Shown: positions 34,447 to 53,791 of the stretch, one piece after another
How positions within the stretch are numbered: position 1 is the first letter of the stretch
Layout: each line of letters opens with the position of its first letter
Assembly: GCF_009914755.1 (NCBI RefSeq)
Contig: NC_060946.1
Direction: 5' to 3' (one strand)
Source of the DNA: the human T2T-CHM13v2.0 reference genome, Homo sapiens
Length of the DNA stretch: 64,000 nt
Translations under genes and position numbers: made by a program
Notes under the pieces: model-generated
Told to the model about the DNA's origin: nothing
The model's database searches: none
The model's input: only the letters and a program-made list of their open reading frames with translations

Positions 34447-36569
34447 TTATATATGGTATATACTATATGTTATGGAATATGCTTTATATGTAATATATAA
34501 CCTCATATATATTATATGTCATAATACATAATATTTATCCTATGTCATCTTATATATATTATGTATATTACATAACGTATATAATATATAATACATATTA
34601 TGCATCTTAAATATGAAAATATATAATTATTGATAACATAACATATAGTTATATATAATATGATATATAACGTATATACTATATCATATGTGATATATAA
34701 TATATATATTTTTATTACATATTATAATTTATATATATTATAATTTATATAAAGATATTATAATTTATGTAATATAAATAATTATATATAATCATATAAT
34801 GAGGTATAATATAAATAATAATCTATACGATTACATATTTATGTAGTTATCTGTATAAAAATATAATTATATATATAATTATATATATCATATAATAGAC
34901 AACATACATATTATATAATGTATAATATATATTATACAATGTATGATACATATATGATATTTAATATATCATAATAGAATATATATTTTAATATTATGTA
35001 TGTAACGTATATTATGTGATATATAATATATATTATGTAATATAAAATAATATAATATATATTATAATATGATATATTATGTAAAGTAAGTAATAAAATT
35101 ATATATAACATAATATATACTTATGTATAATATAACATATAATTATGTACATTATATTTTATATGTACATATAATATTATACAGTTATATATAATTTTGA
35201 ATAGTTACATATAATGTAATATAAAACATATATAATATATATCATAAAATATATATATTATACCATATATAATATGTATCATATATTTTGTGTTATGTCA
35301 TATATCGTATATCATATATCATATGTTATATGTTATATATATCACATTCCACATATTGTGTATTATAAATTATATATAATATATGACATACATTACATTA
35401 TATTTGATAAATTATACATTATATGTAACATAGTATATATTATATGTAACATGTATATTCTATGGAAAATATATGATATATAACATATATTATATATAAT
35501 TAATGACATAGACATATAATATATATTTAATATATGTATTATACATACAACATATTGTATATAATATATAACATATATTACATAAAAGTCATAAAATATA
35601 ATATATATTGTATGTCATATTTTACATTTACAGTTATATATTATCATATGTTATTTTATCTCATATATAACATAGAAACAATATATATTATATATAATGT
35701 ATATTATATATAACATAGATATAATAGATATAATATATGTAATGTATATTATATATTTAATACGTATATTAACCATATAATATATTCTATATATGAAATA
35801 TAATATATCTTATATATGTCATAAAATATAACGTATATTATGTGTCATATTGTATAAATATAATGCTTATCTATTATCAATTATTATATGACATATAATA
35901 TATATATTATAAGACGCAAGATGTAAAACAATATTATATATATGTTATATGTATCATATATACGATACTATATATGATTATATACATAATGTATATTTAT
36001 ATTTGTGGGTGCCCTATTCCCCATCTGATAACTTGTTGTAAGAAGCGCAGCGTAATAATGTGTGTGCTTGGGATTCTGTTTTTGAAACAAAACACTGAGC
36101 CTTCAATGACCTTTCGGTCTCTGTAAAAGCACTCCTGTCTTCCTGGCAGCTGTTGGACCTCACAATGTGGATTGTGCCCTCACCCTGCAATGTTGATGCC
36201 CTATCGCCATGGTGACGGGATTAGGGATCTCCTGCTCTTGGTCCTAAGGGCCACTGTCTGTGCTGTGTTTTCCAAAGGTCAGAACAGATTGAACCTTTGT
36301 GGTTTTATTTTCCCTGAGTTTGATTTTTCTCATGGGGAACCTGTGTTGCTGCTTTGAACGTATATTCATACTGGCCTTTCAAATGCCAACTCTTCATATT
36401 ACTAGTTAATGCTTTCAAAATATGTTATTTAAAAAATGATCCTCAGTATTGTCCATATGCAGTTATAAATACGTTTCATGGTTATGTTTTATTCCTCAGT
36501 TTACATATTTGATTATTGTACCAAGCAGAGTACCTTTGAAATGTTTTTCCATTTAAAAAATATGAATCT

Positions 36570-36861
<292 letters not shown>

Positions 36862-38985
36862 TTATATATGGTATATACTATATGTTATGGAATATGCTTT
36901 ATATGTAATATATAACCTCATATATATTATATGTCATAATACATAATATTTATCCTATGTCATCTTATATATATTATGTATATTACATAACGTATATAAT
37001 ATATAATACATATTATGCATCTTAAATATGAAAATATATAATTATTGATAACATAACATATAGTTATATATAATATGATATATAACGTATATACTATATC
37101 ATATGTGATATATAATGTATATATTTTTATTACATATTATAATTTATATATATTATAATTTATATAAAGATATAATTATTTATGTAATATAAATAATTAT
37201 ATACAATTATATAATGAGGTATAATATAAATAATAATATATACGATTACATATTTATGTAGTTATCTGTATAAAAATATAATTATATATATAATTATATA
37301 TATCATACCATAGACAACATACATATTATATAATGTATAATATATAATATACAATATATGATACATATATGAAATTTAATATATCATAATAGAATATATA
37401 TTTTAATATTATGTATATAACATATATTATGTGATATATAATATATATTATGTAATATAAAATAATATAAGATAATATATATTATATTATGATATATTAT
37501 GTAAAGTAAGTAATAAAATTACATATAACATAATATATAGTTATGTATAATATAACGTATAATTATATACGTTATATTTTATATGTACATATAATATTAT
37601 ACAGTTATATATAATTTTGAATAGTTACATATAATGTAATATAAAACATATATAATATATATCATAAAATATATATTTTATACCATATATAATATGTATC
37701 ATATATTGTGTGTTATATGTCATATATTGTATATCATATATCGTATGTTATATGTTATATATATCACATTCCACATATTGTGTATTATAAATTATATATA
37801 ATATATGACATACATTACATTATATTTGATAAATTATACATTATATGTAACATAGTATATATTATATGTAACATGTATATTCTACGGAAAATATATAATA
37901 TATAACATATATTACATATAATTAATGACATAGACATATAATATATATTTAATATATGTATTATACATACAACATATTGTATATAATATATAACATATAT
38001 TACATAAAAGTCATAAAATATATATTGTATGTCATATTTTACATTTACAGTTATATATTATTATATGTTATTTTATCTCATATATAACATAGAAACATTA
38101 TATATTATATATAATGTATATTATATATAACATAGATATAATAGATTAATATGTGTAAGGTATATTATATATTTAATACGTATATTAAACATATAATATA
38201 TTCTATATATGAAATATAATATATCTTATATGTGTCATAAAATATAACGTATAATATGTGTCATATTGTGTAAATATAATGCTTATCTATTATCAATTAT
38301 TATATGACATATAATATATATAATATAAGACGCAGGATGTAAAACAATATTATATATATGTTATATGTATTCTATATACGATACTATATATTATTATATA
38401 CATAATGTATATTTATATTTGTGGGTGCCCTATTCCCCATCTGATAACTTGTTGTAAGAAGCGCAGCGTAATAATGTGTGGGCTTGGGATTCTGTTTTTG
38501 AAACAAAACACTGAGCCTTCAATGACCTTTCCGTCTCTATAAAAGCACTCCTGTCTTCCTGGCAGCTGTTGGACCTCACAATGTGGATTGTGCCCTCACC
38601 CTGCAATGTTGATGCCCTATCGCCATGGTGACGGGATTAGGGATCTCCTGCTCTTGGTCCTAAGGGCCACTGTCTGTGCTGTGTTTTCCAAAGGTCAGAA
38701 CAGATTGAACCTTTGTGGTTTTATTTTCCCTGAGTTTGATTTTTCTCATGGGGAACCTGTGTTGCTGCTTTGAACGTATATTCATACTGGCCTTTCAAAT
38801 GCCAACTCTTCATATTACTAGTTAATGATTTCAAAATATGTTATTTAAAAAATTATCCTCAGTATTGTCCATATGCAGTTATAAATACGTTTCATGGTTA
38901 TGTTTTATTCCTCAGTTTACATATTTGATTATTGTACCAAGCAGAGTACCTTTGAAATGTTTTTCCATTTAAAAAATATGAATCT

Positions 38986-39277
<292 letters not shown>

Positions 39278-41398
39278 TTATATATGGTATATACTATATG
39301 TTATGGAATATGCTTTATATGTAATATATAACCTCATATATATTATATGTCATAATACATAATATTTATCCTATGTCATCTTATATATATTATGTATATT
39401 ACATAACGTATATAATACATAATACATATTATGCATCTTAAATATGAAAATATATAATTATTGATAACATAACATATAGTTATATATAATATGATATATA
39501 ACGTATATACTATATCATATGTGATATATAATATATATATTTTTATTACATATTATAATTTATATATATTATAATTTATATAAAGATATTATAATTTATG
39601 TAATATAAATAATTATATATAATCATATAATGAGGTATAATATAAATAATAATCTATACGATTACATATTTATGTAGTTATCTGTATAAAAATATAATTA
39701 TATATATAATTATATATCATATAATAGACAACATACATATTATATAATGTATAATATATATTATACAATGTATGATACATATATGATATTTAATATATCA
39801 TAATAGAATATATATTTTAATATTATGTATGTAACGTATATTATGTGATATATAATATATATTATGTAATATAAAATAATATAATATATATTATAATATG
39901 ATATATTATGTAAAGTAAGTAATAAAATTATATATAACATAATATATACTTATGTATAATATAACATATAATTATGTACATTATATTTTATATGTACATA
40001 TAATATTATACAGTTATATATAATTTTGAATAGTTACATATAATGTAATATAAAACATATATAATATATATCATAAAATATATATATTATACCATATATA
40101 ATATGTATCATATATTTTGTGTTATGTCATATATCGTATATCATATATCATATGTTATATGTTATATATATCACATTCCACATATTGTGTATTATAAATT
40201 ATATATAATATATGACATACATTACATTATATTTGATAAATTATACATTATATGTAACATAGTATATATTATATGTAACATGTATATTCTATGGAAAATA
40301 TATGATATATAACATATATTATATATAATTAATGACATAGACATATAATATATATTTAATATATGTATTATACATACAACATATTGTATATAATATATAA
40401 CATATATTACATAAAAGTCATAAAATATAATATATATTGTATGTCATATTTTACATTTACAGTTATATATTATTATATGTTATTTTATCTCATATATAAC
40501 ATAGAAACAATATATATTATATATAATGTATATTATATATAACATAGATATAATAGATATAATATATGTAATGTATATTATATATTTAATACGTATATTA
40601 ACCATATAATATATTCTATATATGAAATATAATATATCTTATATATGTCATAAAATATAACGTATATTATGTGTCATATTGTATAAATATAATGCTTATC
40701 TATTATCAATTATTATATGACATATAATATATATATTATAAGACGCAAGATGTAAAACAATATTATATATATGTTATATGTATCATATATACGATACTAT
40801 ATATGATTATATACATAATGTATATTTATATTTGTGGGTGCCCTATTCCCCATCTGATAACTTGTTGTAAGAAGCGCAGCGTAATAATGTGTGTGCTTGG
40901 GATTCTGTTTTTGAAACAAAACACTGAGCCTTCAATGACCTTTCGGTCTCTGTAAAAGCACTCCTGTCTTCCTGGCAGCTGTTGGACCTCACAATGTGGA
41001 TTGTGCCCTCACCCTGCAATGTTGATGCCCTATCGCCATGGTGACGGGATTAGGGATCTCCTGCTCTTGGTCCTAAGGGCCACTGTCTGTGCTGTGTTTT
41101 CCAAAGGTCAGAACAGATTGAACCTTTGTGGTTTTATTTTCCCTGAGTTTGATTTTTCTCATGGGGAACCTGTGTTGCTGCTTTGAACGTATATTCATAC
41201 TGGCCTTTCAAATGCCAACTCTTCATATTACTAGTTAATGCTTTCAAAATATGTTATTTAAAAAATGATCCTCAGTATTGTCCATATGCAGTTATAAATA
41301 CGTTTCATGGTTATGTTTTATTCCTCAGTTTACATATTTGATTATTGTACCAAGCAGAGTACCTTTGAAATGTTTTTCCATTTAAAAAATATGAATCT

Positions 41399-41690
<292 letters not shown>

Positions 41691-43820
41691 TTATATATGG
41701 TATATACTATATGTTATGGAATATGCTTTATATGTAATATATAACCTCATATATATTATATGTCATAATACATAATATTTATCCTATGTCATCTTATATA
41801 TATTATGTATATTACATAACGTATATAATATATAATACATATTATGCATCTTAAATATGAAAATATATAATTATTGATAACATAACATATAGTTATATAT
41901 AATATGATATATAACGTATATACTATATCATATGTGATATATAATGTATATATTTTTATTACATATTATAATTTATATATATTATAATTTATATAAAGAT
42001 ATAATTATTTATGTAATATAAATAATTATATACAATTATATAATGAGGTATAATATAAATAATAATATATACGATTACATATTTATGTAGTTATCTGTAT
42101 AAAAATATAATTATATATATAATTATATATATCATACCATAGACAACATACATATTATATAATGTATAATATATAATATACAATATATGATACATATATG
42201 AAATTTAATATATCATAATAGAATATATATTTTAATATTATGTATATAACATATATTATGTGATATATAATATATATTATGTAATACAAAATAATATAAT
42301 ATAATATATATTATATTATGATATATTATGTAAAGTAAGTAATAAAATTACATATAACATAATATATAGTTATGTATAATATAACGTATAATTATATACG
42401 TTATATTTTATATGCACATATAATATTATACAGTTATATATAATTTTGAATAGTTACATATAATGTAATATAAAACATATATAATATATATCATAAAATA
42501 TATATTTTATACCATATATAATATGTATCATATATTGTGTGTTATATGTCATATATTGTATATCATATATCATATGTTATATGTTATATATATCACATTC
42601 CACATATTGTGTATTATAAATTATATATAATATATGACATACATTACATTATATTTGATAAATTATACATTATATGTAACATAGTATATATTATATGTAA
42701 CATGTATATTCTATGGAAAATATATGATATATAACATATATTATATATAATTAATGACATAGACATATAATATATATTTAATATATGTATTATACATACA
42801 ACATATTGTATATAATATATAACATATATTACATAAAAGTCATAAAATATAATATATATTGTATGTCATATTTTACATTTACAGTTATATATTATTATAT
42901 GTTATTTTATCTCATATATAACATAGAAACAATATATATTATATATAATGTATATTATATATAACATAGATATAATAGATATAATATATGTAATGTATAT
43001 TATATATTTAATACGTATATTAACCATATAATATATTCTATATATGAAATATAATATATCTTATATATGTCATAAAATATAACGTATATTATGTGTCATA
43101 TTGTATAAATATAATGCTTATCTATTATCAATTATTATATGACATATAATATATATATTATAAGACGCAAGATGTAAAACAATATTATATATATGTTATA
43201 TGTATCATATATACGATACTATATATGATTATATACATAATGTATATTTATATTTGTGGGTGCCCTATTCCCCATCTGATAACTTGTTGTAAGAAGCGCA
43301 GCGTAATAATGTGTGTGCTTGGGATTCTGTTTTTGAAACAAAACACTGAGCCTTCAATGACCTTTCGGTCTCTGTAAAAGCACTCCTGTCTTCCTGGCAG
43401 CTGTTGGACCTCACAATGTGGATTGTGCCCTCACCCTGCAATGTTGATGCCCTATCGCCATGGTGACGGGATTAGGGATCTCCTGCTCTTGGTCCTAAGG
43501 GCCACTGTCTGTGCTGTGTTTTCCAAAGGTCAGAACAGATTGAACCTTTGTGGTTTTATTTTCCCTGAGTTTGATTTTTCTCATGGGGAACCTGTGTTGC
43601 TGCTTTGAACGTATATTCATACTGGCCTTTCAAATGCCAACTCTTCATATTACTAGTTAATGCTTTCAAAATATGTTATTTAAAAAATGATCCTCAGTAT
43701 TGTCCATATGCAGTTATAAATACGTTTCATGGTTATGTTTTATTCCTCAGTTTACATATTTGATTATTGTACCAAGCAGAGTACCTTTGAAATGTTTTTC
43801 CATTTAAAAAATATGAATCT

Positions 43821-44112
<292 letters not shown>

Positions 44113-46242
44113 TTATATATGGTATATACTATATGTTATGGAATATGCTTTATATGTAATATATAACCTCATATATATTATATGTCATAATACATAATAT
44201 TTATCCTATGTCATCTTATATATATTATGTATATTACATAACGTATATAATATATAATACATATTATGCATCTTAAATATGAAAATATATAATTATTGAT
44301 AACATAACATATAGTTATATATAATATGATATATAACGTATATACTATATCATATGTGATATATAATGTATATATTTTTATTACATATTATAATTTATAT
44401 ATATTATAATTTATATAAAGATATAATTATTTATGTAATATAAATAATTATATACAATTATATAATGAGGTATAATATAAATAATAATATATACGATTAC
44501 ATATTTATGTAGTTATCTGTATAAAAATATAATTATATATATAATTATATATATCATACCATAGACAACATACATATTATATAATGTATAATATATAATA
44601 TACAATATATGATACATATATGAAATTTAATATATCATAATAGAATATATATTTTAATATTATGTATATAACATATATTATGTGATATATAATATATATT
44701 ATGTAATACAAAATAATATAATATAATATATATTATATTATGATATATTATGTAAAGTAAGTAATAAAATTACATATAACATAATATATAGTTATGTATA
44801 ATATAACGTATAATTATATACGTTATATTTTATATGTACATATAATATTATACAGTTATATATAATTTTGAATAGTTACATATAATGTAATATAAAACAT
44901 ATATAATATATATCATAAAATATATATTTTATACCATATATAATATGTATCATATATTGTGTGTTATATGTCATATATTGTATATCATATATCATATGTT
45001 ATATGTTATATATATCACATTCCACATATTGTGTATTATAAATTATATATAATATATGACATACATTACATTATATTTGATAAATTATACATTATATGTA
45101 ACATAGTATATATTATATGTAACATGTATATTCTATGGAAAATATATGATATATAACATATATTACATATAATTAATGACATAGACATATAATATATATT
45201 TAATATATGTATTATACATACAACATATTGTATATAATATATAACATATATTACATAAAAGTCATAAAATATAATATATATTGTATGTCATATTTTACAT
45301 TTACAGTTATATATTATTATATGTTATTTTATCTCATATATAACATAGAAACAATATATATTATATATAATGTATATTATATATAACATAGATATAATAG
45401 ATATAATATATGTAATGTATATTACATATTTAATACATATATTAACCATATAATATATTCTATATATAAAATATAATATACCTTATATATGTCATAAAAT
45501 ATAACGCATATAATGTGTCATATTGTATAAATATAATGCTTATCTATTATCAATTATTATATGACATATAATATATATAATATAAGACGCAGGATGTAAA
45601 ACAATATTATATATATGTTATATGTATTATATATACGATACTATATATTATTATATACATAATGTATATTTATATTTGTGGGTGCCCTATTCCCCATCTG
45701 ATAACTTGTTGTAAGAAGCGCAGCGTAATAATGTGTGGGCTTGGGATTCTGTTTTTGAAACAAAACACTGAGCCTTCAATGACCTTTCGGTCTCTGTAAA
45801 AGCACTCCTGTCTTCCTGGCAGCTGTTGGACCTCACAATGTGGATTGTGCCCTCACCCTGCAATGTTGATGCCCTATCGCCATGGTGACGGGATTAGGGA
45901 TCTCCTGCTCTTGGTCCTAAGGGCCACTGTCTGTGCTGTGTTTTCCAAAGGTCAGAACAGATTGAACCTTTGTGGTTTTATTTTCCCTGGGTTTGATTTT
46001 TCTCATGGGGAACCTGTGTTGCTGCTTTGAACGTATATTCATACTGGCCTTTCAAATGCCAACTCTTCATATTACTAGTTAATGCTTTCAAAATATGTTA
46101 TTTAAAAAATTATCCTCAGTATTGTCCATATGCAGTTATAAATACGTTTCATGGTTATGTTTTATTCCTCAGTTTACATATTTGATTATTGTACCAAGCA
46201 GAGTACCTTTGAAATGTTTTTCCATTTAAAAAATATGAATCT

Positions 46243-46531
46243 TGGCTCAGGCCTGTAACCCCAGCAAATTTGGAGGCCAAGGCAAGGGGATCACAAGGTG
46301 AAGAGATCAAGACCATCCTGGCCAATACAGTGAAAGGCTGACACTACTAAAAATCCAAAAAACTAGCTAGGCATGGTGGCAGCTGGTGTAGTCCCAGTGT
46401 GGTGTAGTCCCAGCTACCTGGGAGGCTGAGGGAGGACGATCGCTTGAAGCCGTGAGGCAGATGTTGCAGTGAGCAAAGATGGCGCCATTGTACTTCACCC
46501 TGTGAAACACAAGACTCTGTCTGAAAAAAAA
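46243..46531 (+). mobile_element. Diverged Alu, copy 20, 3-bp-deletion variant
   Basis: Same Alu motifs; 3' end reads gtgaaacacaag. Confidence 0.95.
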
Positions 46532-48662
46532 TTATATATGGTATATACTATATGTTATGGAATATGCTTTATATGTAATATATAACCTCATATATATTAT
46601 ATGTCATAATACATAATATTTATCCTATGTCATCTTATATATATTATGTATATTACATAATGTATATAATATATAATACATATTATGCATCTTAAATATG
46701 AAATATATATAATTATTGATAACATCACATATAGTTATATATAATATGATATATAACGTATATACTATATCATATGTGATATATAATATATATATTTTTA
46801 TTACATATTATAATTTATATATATTATAATTTATATAAAGATATAATTATTTATGTAATATAAATAATTATATATAATTATATAATGAGGTATAATATAA
46901 ATAATAATATATACGATTACATATTTATGTAGTTATCTGTATAAAAACATAATTATATATATAATTATATATATCATATCATAGACAACATACATATTAT
47001 ATAATGTATAATATATATTATACAATATATGATACATATATGATATGTAATATATCATAATAGAATATATATTTTAATATTATGTATGTAACTTATATTA
47101 TGTGATATATAATATATATTATGTAATATAAAATAATATAATATAATATATATTATATTATGATATATTATGTAAAGTAAGTAATAAAATTACATATAAC
47201 ATAATATATAGTTATGTATCATATAACGTATAATTATATACGTTATATTTTATATGTACATATAATATTATACAGTTATATATAATTGTGAATAGTTACA
47301 TATAATGTAATATAAAACATATATAATATATATCATAAAATATATATTTTATACCATATATAATATGTATCATATATTGTGTGTTATATGTCATATATTG
47401 TATATCATATATCGTATGTTATATGTTATATATATCACATTCCACATATTGTGTATTATAAATTATATATAATATATGACATACATTACATTATATTTGA
47501 TAAATTATACATTATATGTAACATAGTATATATTATATGTAACATGTATATTCTACGGAAAATATATAATATATAACATATATTACATATAATTAATGAC
47601 ATAGACATATAATATATATTTAATATATGTATTATACATACAACATATTGTATATAATATATAACATATATTACATAAAAGTCATAAAATATAATATATA
47701 TTGTATGTCATATTTTACATTTACAGTTATATATTATTATATGTTATTTTATCTCATATATAACATAGAAACAATATATATTATATATAATGTATATTAT
47801 ATATAACATAGATATAATAGATATAATATATGTAAGTTATATTATATATTTAATACGTATATTAACCATATAATATATTCTATATATGAAATATAATATA
47901 TCTTATATATGTCATAAAATATAACGTATATTATGTGTCATATTGTATAAATATAATGCTTATCTATTATCAATTATTATATGACATATAATATATATAT
48001 TATAAGACGCAAGATGTAAAACAATATTATATATATGTTATATGTATCATATATACGATACTATATATGATTATATACATAATGTATATTTATATTTGTG
48101 GGTGCCCTATTCCCCATCTGATAACTTGTTGTAAGAAGCGCAGCGTAATAATGTGTGTGCTTGGGATTCTGTTTTTGAAACAAAACACTGAGCCTTCAAT
48201 GACCTTTCGGTCTCTGTCAAAGCACTCCTGTCTTCCTGGCAGCTGTTGGACCTCACAATGTGGATTGTGCCCTCACCCTGCAATGTTGATGCCCTATCGC
48301 CATGGTGACGGGATTAGGGATCTCCTGCTCTTGGTCCTAAGGGCCACTGTCTGTGCTGTGTTTTCCAAAGGTCAGAACAGATTGAACCTTTGTGGTTTTA
48401 TTTTCCCTGAGTTTGATTTTTCTCATGGGGAACCTGTGTTGCTGCTTTGAACGTATATTCATACTGGCCTTTCAAATGCCAACTCTTCATATTACTAGTT
48501 AATGCTTTCAAAATATGTTATTTAAAAAATGATCCTCAGTATTGTCCATATGCAGTTATAAATACGTTTCATGGTTATGTTTTATTCCTCAGTTTACATA
48601 TTTGATTATTGTACCAAGCAGAGTACCTTTGAAATGTTTTTCCATTTAAAAAATATGAATCT

Positions 48663-48954
<292 letters not shown>

Positions 48955-51080
48955 TTATATATGGTATATACTATATGTTATGGAATATGCTTTATATGTA
49001 ATATATAACCTCATATATATTATATGTCATAATACATAATATTTATCCTATGTCATCTTATATATATTATGTATATTACATAACGTATATAATATATAAT
49101 ACATATTATGCATCTTAAATATGAAAATATATAATTATTGATAACATAACATACAATTATATATAATATGATATATAACGTATATACTATATCATATGTG
49201 ATATATAATATATATATTTTTATTACATATTATAATTTATATATATTATAATTTATATAAAGATATAATTATTTATGTAATATAAATATATATAATTATA
49301 TAATGAGGTATAATATAAATAATAATACATACGATTACATATTTATGTAGTTATCTGTATAAAAATATAATTATATATATAATTATATATATCATACCAT
49401 AGACAACATACATATTATATAATGTATAATATATAATATACAATATATGATACATATATGAAATTTAATATATCATAATAGAATATATATTTTAATATTA
49501 TGTATATAACATATATTATGTGATATATAATATATATTATGTAATACAAAATAATATAATATAATATATATTATATTATGATATATTATGTAAAGTAAGT
49601 AATAAAATTACATATAACATAATATATAGTTATGTATAATATAACGTATAATTATATACGTTATATTTTATATGCACATATAATATTATACAGTTATATA
49701 TAATTTTGAATAGTTACATATAATGTAATATAAAACATATATAATATATATCATAAAATATATATTTTATACCATATATAATATGTATCATATATTGTGT
49801 GTTATATGTCATATATTGTATATCATATATCATATGTTATATGTTATATATATCACATTCCACATATTGTGTATTATAAATTATATATAATATATGACAT
49901 ACATTACATTATATTTGATAAATTATACATTATATGTAACATAGTATATATTATATGTAACATGTATATTCTATGGAAAATATATGATATATAACATATA
50001 TTATATATAATTAATGACATAGACATATAATATATATTTAATATATGTATTATACATACAACATATTGTATATAATATATAACATATATTACATAAAAGT
50101 CATAAAATATAATATATATTGTATGTCATATTTTACATTTACAGTTATATATTATTATATGTTATTTTATCTCATATATAACATAGAAACAATATATATT
50201 ATATATAATGTATATTATATATAACATAGATATAATAGATATAATATATGTAATGTATATTATATATTTAATACGTATATTAACCATATAATATATTCTA
50301 TATATGAAATATAATATATCTTATATATGTCATAAAATATAACGTATATTATGTGTCATATTGTATAAATATAATGCTTATCTATTATCAATTATTATAT
50401 GACATATAATATATATATTATAAGACGCAAGATGTAAAACAATATTATATATATGTTATATGTATCATATATACGATACTATATATGATTATATACATAA
50501 TGTATATTTATATTTGTGGGTGCCCTATTCCCCATCTGATAACTTGTTGTAAGAAGCGCAGCGTAATAATGTGTGTGCTTGGGATTCTGTTTTTGAAACA
50601 AAACACTGAGCCTTCAATGACCTTTCGGTCTCTGTAAAAGCACTCCTGTCTTCCTGGCAGCTGTTGGACCTCACAATGTGGATTGTGCCCTCACCCTGCA
50701 ATGTTGATGCCCTATCGCCATGGTGACGGGATTAGGGATCTCCTGCTCTTGGTCCTAAGGGCCACTGTCTGTGCTGTGTTTTCCAAAGGTCAGAACAGAT
50801 TGAACCTTTGTGGTTTTATTTTCCCTGAGTTTGATTTTTCTCATGGGGAACCTGTGTTGCTGCTTTGAACGTATATTCATACTGGCCTTTCAAATGCCAA
50901 CTCTTCATATTACTAGTTAATGCTTTCAAAATATGTTATTTAAAAAATGATCCTCAGTATTGTCCATATGCAGTTATAAATACGTTTCATGGTTATGTTT
51001 TATTCCTCAGTTTACATATTTGATTATTGTACCAAGCAGAGTACCTTTGAAATGTTTTTCCATTTAAAAAATATGAATCT

Positions 51081-51372
<292 letters not shown>

Positions 51373-53502
51373 TTATATATGGTATATACTATATGTTATG
51401 GAATATGCTTTATATGTAATATATAACCTCATATATATTATATGTCATAATACATAATATTTATCCTATGTCATCTTATATATATTATGTATATTACATA
51501 ACGTATATAATATATAATACATATTATGCATCTTAAATATGAAAATATATAATTATTGATAACATAACATATAGTTATATATAATATGATATATAACGTA
51601 TATACTATATCATATGTGATATATAATGTATATATTTTTATTACATATTATAATTTATATATATTATAATTTATATAAAGATATAATTATTTATGTAATA
51701 TAAATAATTATATACAATTATATAATGAGGTATAATATAAATAATAATATATACGATTACATATTTATGTAGTTATCTGTATAAAAATATAATTATATAT
51801 ATAATTATATATATCATACCATAGACAACATACATATTATATAATGTATAATATATAATATACAATATATGATACATATATGAAATTTAATATATCATAA
51901 TAGAATATATATTTTAATATTATGTATATAACATATATTATGTGATATATAATATATATTATGTAATACAAAATAATATAATATAATATATATTATATTA
52001 TGATATATTATGTAAAGTAAGTAATAAAATTACATATAACATAATATATAGTTATGTATAATATAACGTATAATTATATACGTTATATTTTATATGTACA
52101 TATAATATTATACAGTTATATATAATTTTGAATAGTTACATATAATGTAATATAAAACATATATAATATATATCATAAAATATATATTTTATACCATATA
52201 TAATATGTATCATATATTGTGTGTTATATGTCATATATTGTATATCATATATCATATGTTATATGTTATATATATCACATTCCACATATTGTGTATTATA
52301 AATTATATATAATATATGACATACATTACATTATATTTGATAAATTATACATTATATGTAACATAGTATATATTATATGTAACATGTATATTCTATGGAA
52401 AATATATGATATATAACATATATTACATATAATTAATGACATAGACATATAATATATATTTAATATATGTATTATACATACAACATATTGTATATAATAT
52501 ATAACATATATTACATAAAAGTCATAAAATATAATATATATTGTATGTCATATTTTACATTTACAGTTATATATTATTATATGTTATTTTATCTCATATA
52601 TAACATAGAAACAATATATATTATATATAATGTATATTATATATAACATAGATATAATAGATATAATATATGTAATGTATATTACATATTTAATACATAT
52701 ATTAACCATATAATATATTCTATATATAAAATATAATATACCTTATATATGTCATAAAATATAACGCATATAATGTGTCATATTGTATAAATATAATGCT
52801 TATCTATTATCAATTATTATATGACATATAATATATATAATATAAGACGCAGGATGTAAAACAATATTATATATATGTTATATGTATTATATATACGATA
52901 CTATATATTATTATATACATAATGTATATTTATATTTGTGGGTGCCCTATTCCCCATCTGATAACTTGTTGTAAGAAGCGCAGCGTAATAATGTGTGGGC
53001 TTGGGATTCTGTTTTTGAAACAAAACACTGAGCCTTCAATGACCTTTCGGTCTCTGTAAAAGCACTCCTGTCTTCCTGGCAGCTGTTGGACCTCACAATG
53101 TGGATTGTGCCCTCACCCTGCAATGTTGATGCCCTATCGCCATGGTGACGGGATTAGGGATCTCCTGCTCTTGGTCCTAAGGGCCACTGTCTGTGCTGTG
53201 TTTTCCAAAGGTCAGAACAGATTGAACCTTTGTGGTTTTATTTTCCCTGGGTTTGATTTTTCTCATGGGGAACCTGTGTTGCTGCTTTGAACGTATATTC
53301 ATACTGGCCTTTCAAATGCCAACTCTTCATATTACTAGTTAATGCTTTCAAAATATGTTATTTAAAAAATTATCCTCAGTATTGTCCATATGCAGTTATA
53401 AATACGTTTCATGGTTATGTTTTATTCCTCAGTTTACATATTTGATTATTGTACCAAGCAGAGTACCTTTGAAATGTTTTTCCATTTAAAAAATATGAAT
53501 CT

Positions 53503-53791
53503 TGGCTCAGGCCTGTAACCCCAGCAAATTTGGAGGCCAAGGCAAGGGGATCACAAGGTGAAGAGATCAAGACCATCCTGGCCAATACAGTGAAAGGCTG
53601 ACACTACTAAAAATCCAAAAAACTAGCTAGGCATGGTGGCAGCTGGTGTAGTCCCAGTGTGGTGTAGTCCCAGCTACCTGGGAGGCTGAGGGAGGACGAT
53701 CGCTTGAAGCCGTGAGGCAGATGTTGCAGTGAGCAAAGATGGCGCCATTGTACTTCACCCTGTGAAACACAAGACTCTGTCTGAAAAAAAA
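53503..53791 (+). mobile_element. Diverged Alu, copy 23, 3-bp-deletion variant
   Basis: Same Alu motifs; 3' end reads gtgaaacacaag. Confidence 0.95.
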
